This document shows, in pieces, positions 59,276-64,000 of a stretch of DNA of 64,000 bases (position 1 is its first letter; the number at the start of each line of letters is the position of its first letter). Source of the DNA: Malacoraja senta. Lineage: Eukaryota. The stretch covers positions 186,001 to 250,000 of the forward strand of contig JAXLNO010000319.1 of assembly GCA_038087875.1 (NCBI GenBank), written 5' to 3'. The position numbers were made by a program, and so were the translations under genes. The notes below the pieces were generated by a model. It had not been told where the DNA came from. It searched no databases and saw nothing but the letters and a program-made list of their open reading frames with translations.

Positions 59276-60850
59276 CATAGAAACATAGAAACATAGAAAA
59301 TATGTGCAGGAGGAGGCCTTTCGGCCCTTCGAACCAGCATCGCCATTCATTGTGATCATGGCTGATCGTCCCCAATCAATAACCCCTGCCTGCCTTCTCC
59401 CAATATCCCTTGATTCCACTAGCCCCTAGAGCTCTATCTAACTCCCTCTTAAATCAATCCAGTGATTTGGCCTCCACTGCCCTCTGTGATAGGGAATTCC
59501 ACAAATTCACAACTGCCTGAATGAAAACGTCTTCCTCACCTCAGTCTTAAATGGCCTCCCCTTTATTCTAAGACTGTGGCTCCTGGTTTTAGACTCGCCT
59601 AACATTGGGAACATTTTACCTGCCTCTAACTTGTCCAGTCCTTTTATAATTTTATATGTGTCTATAAGACCCCCCTCATCCTTCTAAACTCCAGTGAATA
59701 CAAGTCTGGTCTTTGCAATCGTTCCTCCTGTGACAGTTCCGCCACCCCAGGGATCAATCTCGTGAAACTACGCTGCACTGCCTCAATCACAAGGATGTAC
59801 TTCCTCAAATTAGGAGACCAAAACTGTATACAATACTTCAGATGTGGTCTCACCAGAGCCCTTTACAACTGCAGAAGAACCTCTTTACACTCTACTGAAA
59901 TCATCTTGTTATGAACGACAAAATTCCATTAGCGTTCTTCAATGACTGCAGTACCTGCACGCCAACTTTCAGTGAATGCTGTCAAAGGACATCCAGGTTT
60001 CGCTGTACCTCCCCCTTACTTTACCTTATCATCCTTCTGTCCCATTACTATGTATCGCCTAATGAAAATGTCTTTCAGTTCCTCTACCCCCTTAGATCCT
60101 CTGTCCTCCAGTACATCTGGGAGATTGTTTGTGTCTTCCTTAGTGAAGACAGATCCGAAGTACCTATTGAACTCTTCTGTCATTTCCTTGTTGCCCATAA
60201 TAATTTCACCCGTGTCTGCCTTCAAGGGACCCTCATTAGACTTTGCTACACCATTTCCCTTGACATACCTAAAGCAGCTTTTACTGTCCTTCTTTATATT
60301 CCTGGCCAGCTTCCCATCGTACTTACTCTTTTCAACTCGCATTGCTCGTTTTGTTTCCTTCTGTTGTCCTATGAAAGTTTCCCAATCCTCTGGGTTCCGG
60401 CTACACTTTGCTGTGTTATACACCTTTTATTTTAGTTTTATTATTTCCCTAACTTCTCTTGTCAGCCACGGTTGCCTCCTACTCCATTTAGAATCTGTAT
60501 TCCTTTTTGGAATGAAATGTCCTGCGTCTGCCGTATTATGCCCAGAAATTCCTGCCATTGCTGTTCCACCGTCATTCCTGCTAGTAACCCATTCCAGTCT
60601 AGCTTGGCCAGCTCCTCTCTCATGCCTTCATCGACTCCTTTGTTCAACTGCGTCACTGGCACTTCCGATTTAACGTTCTCCTTCTAAAATTGCAGATTAA
60701 AACTAATCATATTATGATCACTACCTGCAAGCGGTTCCTTTATTTCGAAACCTCTTATCAAATCTGGTTCATTAGACAACACTAAAACTGGAATCGCATT
60801 TTCTCTGGTCGGCTCCATTTTAAGCTGCTCCAAGTATCCATCTCGGAAGA
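59276..60850 (-). mobile_element. CR1 (family A): 3' end joined to the upstream linker (RT core deleted)
   Basis: (CATAGAAA)n tail. ORFs 59662..59853, 60016..60423 (FNRYFGSVFTKED) and 60462..60662. Confidence 0.8.
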
Positions 60851-62962
60851 TAACCATATAACCATATAACCATTACAGCACTGAAACAGGCCATCTCGGC
60901 CTTTCAAGTCGATGCCAAACACTTTTTTTCCCTCCTTTTTTCTCTTCTTTTCTTTTACTTCTTTCTTCTTTCATCCCTCTAGTCCCATCTACCTGCACTC
61001 AGACCATAACCCTCCATTCCTTTCCGGTCCATATACCCATCCAATCTATTTTTAAAGGATACAATCGAACCTGCCTCCACCACTTCCACTGGAAGCTCAT
61101 TCCACACAGCTACCACTCTCTGAGTAAAGAAGTTCCCCCTAATGTTACCCCTACATTTCTGTCCCTTAATTCTCAAGTCTTGTCCCCTTGTTTGAATCTT
61201 CCCTATTCTCAATGGGAAAAGCTTATCTACGTCAACCCTTTCTAACCCGCTCATCATTTTAAAGACCTCTATCAAGTCTCCCCTTAACCTTCTGCGCTCC
61301 AAAGAATAAAGACCTAACTTGTTCAACCTTTCTCTGTAACTTAGTTGCTGAAACCCAGGCAACATTCTAGTAAATCTCCTATATACTCTCTCTATTTTGT
61401 TGACATCCTTCCTATAATTAGGCGACCAAAATTGTACTCCATATTCCATAATTGGCCTCACCAATGCCTTGTACAATTTTAACTTTACATCCCAACTACT
61501 ATATTCAATGCTCTGATTTATAAAGGCCAGCACACCAAAAGCTTTCTTTACCACCCTATCTACACGAGATTACACCTTTAGGGAACTACGCACAGTTATT
61601 CCTAGATCCCTCTGTTCAACTGCATTCCTCAATTCCCTACCATTTACCATGCACTTCCTATTTTGATTTGTCCTGCCAAGACGTAGCACTTCACATTTAT
61701 CAGCATTAAACTCGATCTGCCATCTTTCAGCCCACTCTTCCAAATGGCCTAAATCTCTCTGTAGACTTTGAAAATCTACTTCATTATCCACAACACCACC
61801 TATCTTAGTATCATCTGCATACTTACTAATCCAATTTTCCACACCATCATCCAGATCATTGATGTACATGACAAACAACAGTGGACCCAACACAGACCCC
61901 CTGAGGCACCCCACTAGTCACCGGCTTCCAACCTGACAAACAGCCATCCACCATTACTCTCTGGCATCTCCCATTCAGCCACTGTTGAATCCATCTTGCC
62001 ACTCAACCATTAATACCCAACAATTGAATCTTCTTAACCTACCTTCCATGATGAACCTTGTCAAAGGCCATACTGAAGTCTATATAGACAACATCCACTG
62101 CTTTACCCTCATCAATTTCCCTAGTAAACTCTTCGAAAAATTCAAGAAGATTAGTCAAACATGACCTTCCAGGCACAAATACATTTTAACTGTTCCTAAT
62201 CTGACCCTGCCTAAACAGATGCTTATATATATTATCTCTAAGTATCCTTTCCATTAATTTGCCCACCACTGACATCAAACTAACAGGTCTATAATTGCTA
62301 GGTTTACTCTTAGAACCCTTTTTAAACAACGGAACAACATGCGAAGTACGCCAATCCTCCGGCACTATTCCCATTTCTAATGACATTTGAAATATTTCTG
62401 TTCCTAACATGCCCCTGCTATTTCTACACTAACTTCCCTCAATGTCCGAGGGAATATCCTGTCAGGACCTGGAGTCTTATCCGTTTTCATATTTTTCAAA
62501 AGTGTCCACACCTCCTCTTCTTTGAATCTCATAGTTTCCATTGCTACTCTGTTTGTTTCCCTTACCTCACATAATTCAATATCCTTCTCCTTGGTGAATA
62601 CCGAAGAAAATAAATAGTTCAATCTCTCTCCATCTCTTTTGGCTCTGCAGATAGCTGTCCACTCTGACACTCTAATGGACCAATTTTATTCCTTGTTATC
62701 CTTTTGCTATTAATATAGCTGTAGAAACCCTTTGGATTTACTTTCACCTTACTTTCCAAAGCAACCTCATATCTACTTTTAGCTTTTCTAATTTATTTCT
62801 TAATATTCTTTTTACATTCTTTATACTCCTCAAGCACCTCATTTACTCCATGCTGCCTATAATTATTGTAGATCTCTCTCTTTTTCCGAACCATGTGTCC
62901 AATTTCCCTTGAAAACCATGGCTCTTTCCAATTTTTACTATTTCCTTTCACCCGAACAGGGA
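60851..62962 (-). mobile_element. CR1 LINE (family B) with (ACCATATA)n tail
   Basis: ORFs 60979..61554, 61570..61914 (KYADDTK), 62186..62410 (NYRPVSL) and 62404..62670. Same family as 3151-4243. Confidence 0.88.
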
Positions 62963-63070
62963 CGATCTCTACAAACTCTCTTTCTTGGGGTCCTGAAGCA
63001 TCCTGATTTTCCCAGTCTGCCTGTATATTGAAAGTCCCCATCACCATAGTGGCATTACCTTTGTTACATG

Positions 63071-64000
63071 CGGTGGCGCCATGTTGGACTAACAGACGTG
63101 CACCTAGCTCCTCTCCCGAAAAAATTCACGATTTATCGTGTTAAACGGGTCCAGAAATCGGAATTGTTTTTAAAAACCTTACCGGAGCTTCTGGTCGCCG
63201 CGCTGATGACGTCATCATTAAGCGCGATGTTTTAAACGGTGGTTTAAAGCCCTTTAAATGAGTAAACTGTCTCCAGCTGTGAGCCCTCAGAGATCAGTGA
63301 AAAAGCTGCTGAGAGACCAGAAGAAGCCTGAAGCAGAAGTTACCTCTGAAGTCTCTGAAGTCTCTGAAGTGGCTGCAGAAATGGATACAAGATATAAGAA
63401 AGAGTTTGATGACTTGAAGAAATCAGTGAAAAATATGAAAGATTAGATTTTGGACGAAAATAAAATTATGATGGAAAATAATGGCAAAAATGATGGAAGG
63501 AATGGAGAAGATGATGAGGGATTTAAATGCTGGTAATCAGAAGAATATGATTGATTCACTGGACATTATGAATAAACGAATTGATGAGGTGAAAGATGGA
63601 CTTTCAGAGAGAATGGACAAGATGGATGAAACTACTACGGACAAGTTCACGGCTGTGCTTGAAACAGTAGCTGCAAGTATGCGCACAATTACGGAATTGG
63701 AGAAAAACACGGCTCGAGTGGTTGAAGACATGGCGAAAATGAAGCAAGAACATGAGCAAATGAGGCGAGAAAATGAACAAACTTCACTACAGATGGTGAC
63801 TCAACTCAGTAAAGTTTCAGAAAAATGCCTGGACCTGGAAGCTCGCTCTAGACGTCAGAATTTGAGAATTCTTGGAGTCTCAGAGGGAGCCGAGGTGGAG
63901 GATGTGCGTGAGTTTGCCATGGGCTTGCTTAAACTGCTGAATCTTTCCAAAGAACCGAAAATCGAAGTGGCTCATCGTGTCCCAAGATTTAAACAAAGAT
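63071..64000 (+). mobile_element. L1-clade LINE copy 4: 5'UTR and ORF1, runs off the window
   Basis: 5' end cggtggcgccatg, as at 11581. Coiled-coil ORF1 from 63258, with DLEARSRRQNLRILGV near 63830. Confidence 0.82.

Overview
Eukaryotic, transposon-saturated region, most likely cartilaginous fish such as skate or ray. That guess rests on CR1 tails (CATAGAAA)n, an HE1/V-SINE-like fragment and fish-type L1 and DIRS1 elements. No intact host gene, rRNA, tRNA gene or CRISPR array is supported. The window is a nest of mostly decayed elements. LINEs: two CR1 families, four L1-clade copies, an L2 3' end, and a young LINE joining an L1-type ORF1 to an L2/Crack-type ORF2. Other retroelements: three DIRS1-type tyrosine-recombinase elements (gag, RT, RNase H, Dam-like methyltransferase, YR, ICR), Penelope remnants, Gypsy/ERV remnants and SINEs. 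DNA elements: two Harbinger-like MITEs and two copies of an unclassified ~1.04-kb transposon with 7-bp TSDs. There is also a ~0.5-kb GAA tract. Most notable: a 1,842-bp direct duplication exactly flanking an L1 insertion; one L1 (11576-38160) hosting seven nested insertions; three DIRS insertions that all join at an ATT core; a decayed integrase plus env-like retroviral remnant missed by the ORF track; and a 33-nt templated CR1 patch inside L1 ORF2. I cannot claim a firmly new biological system. All calls were made by eye without database searches, and boundaries of decayed copies are approximate.
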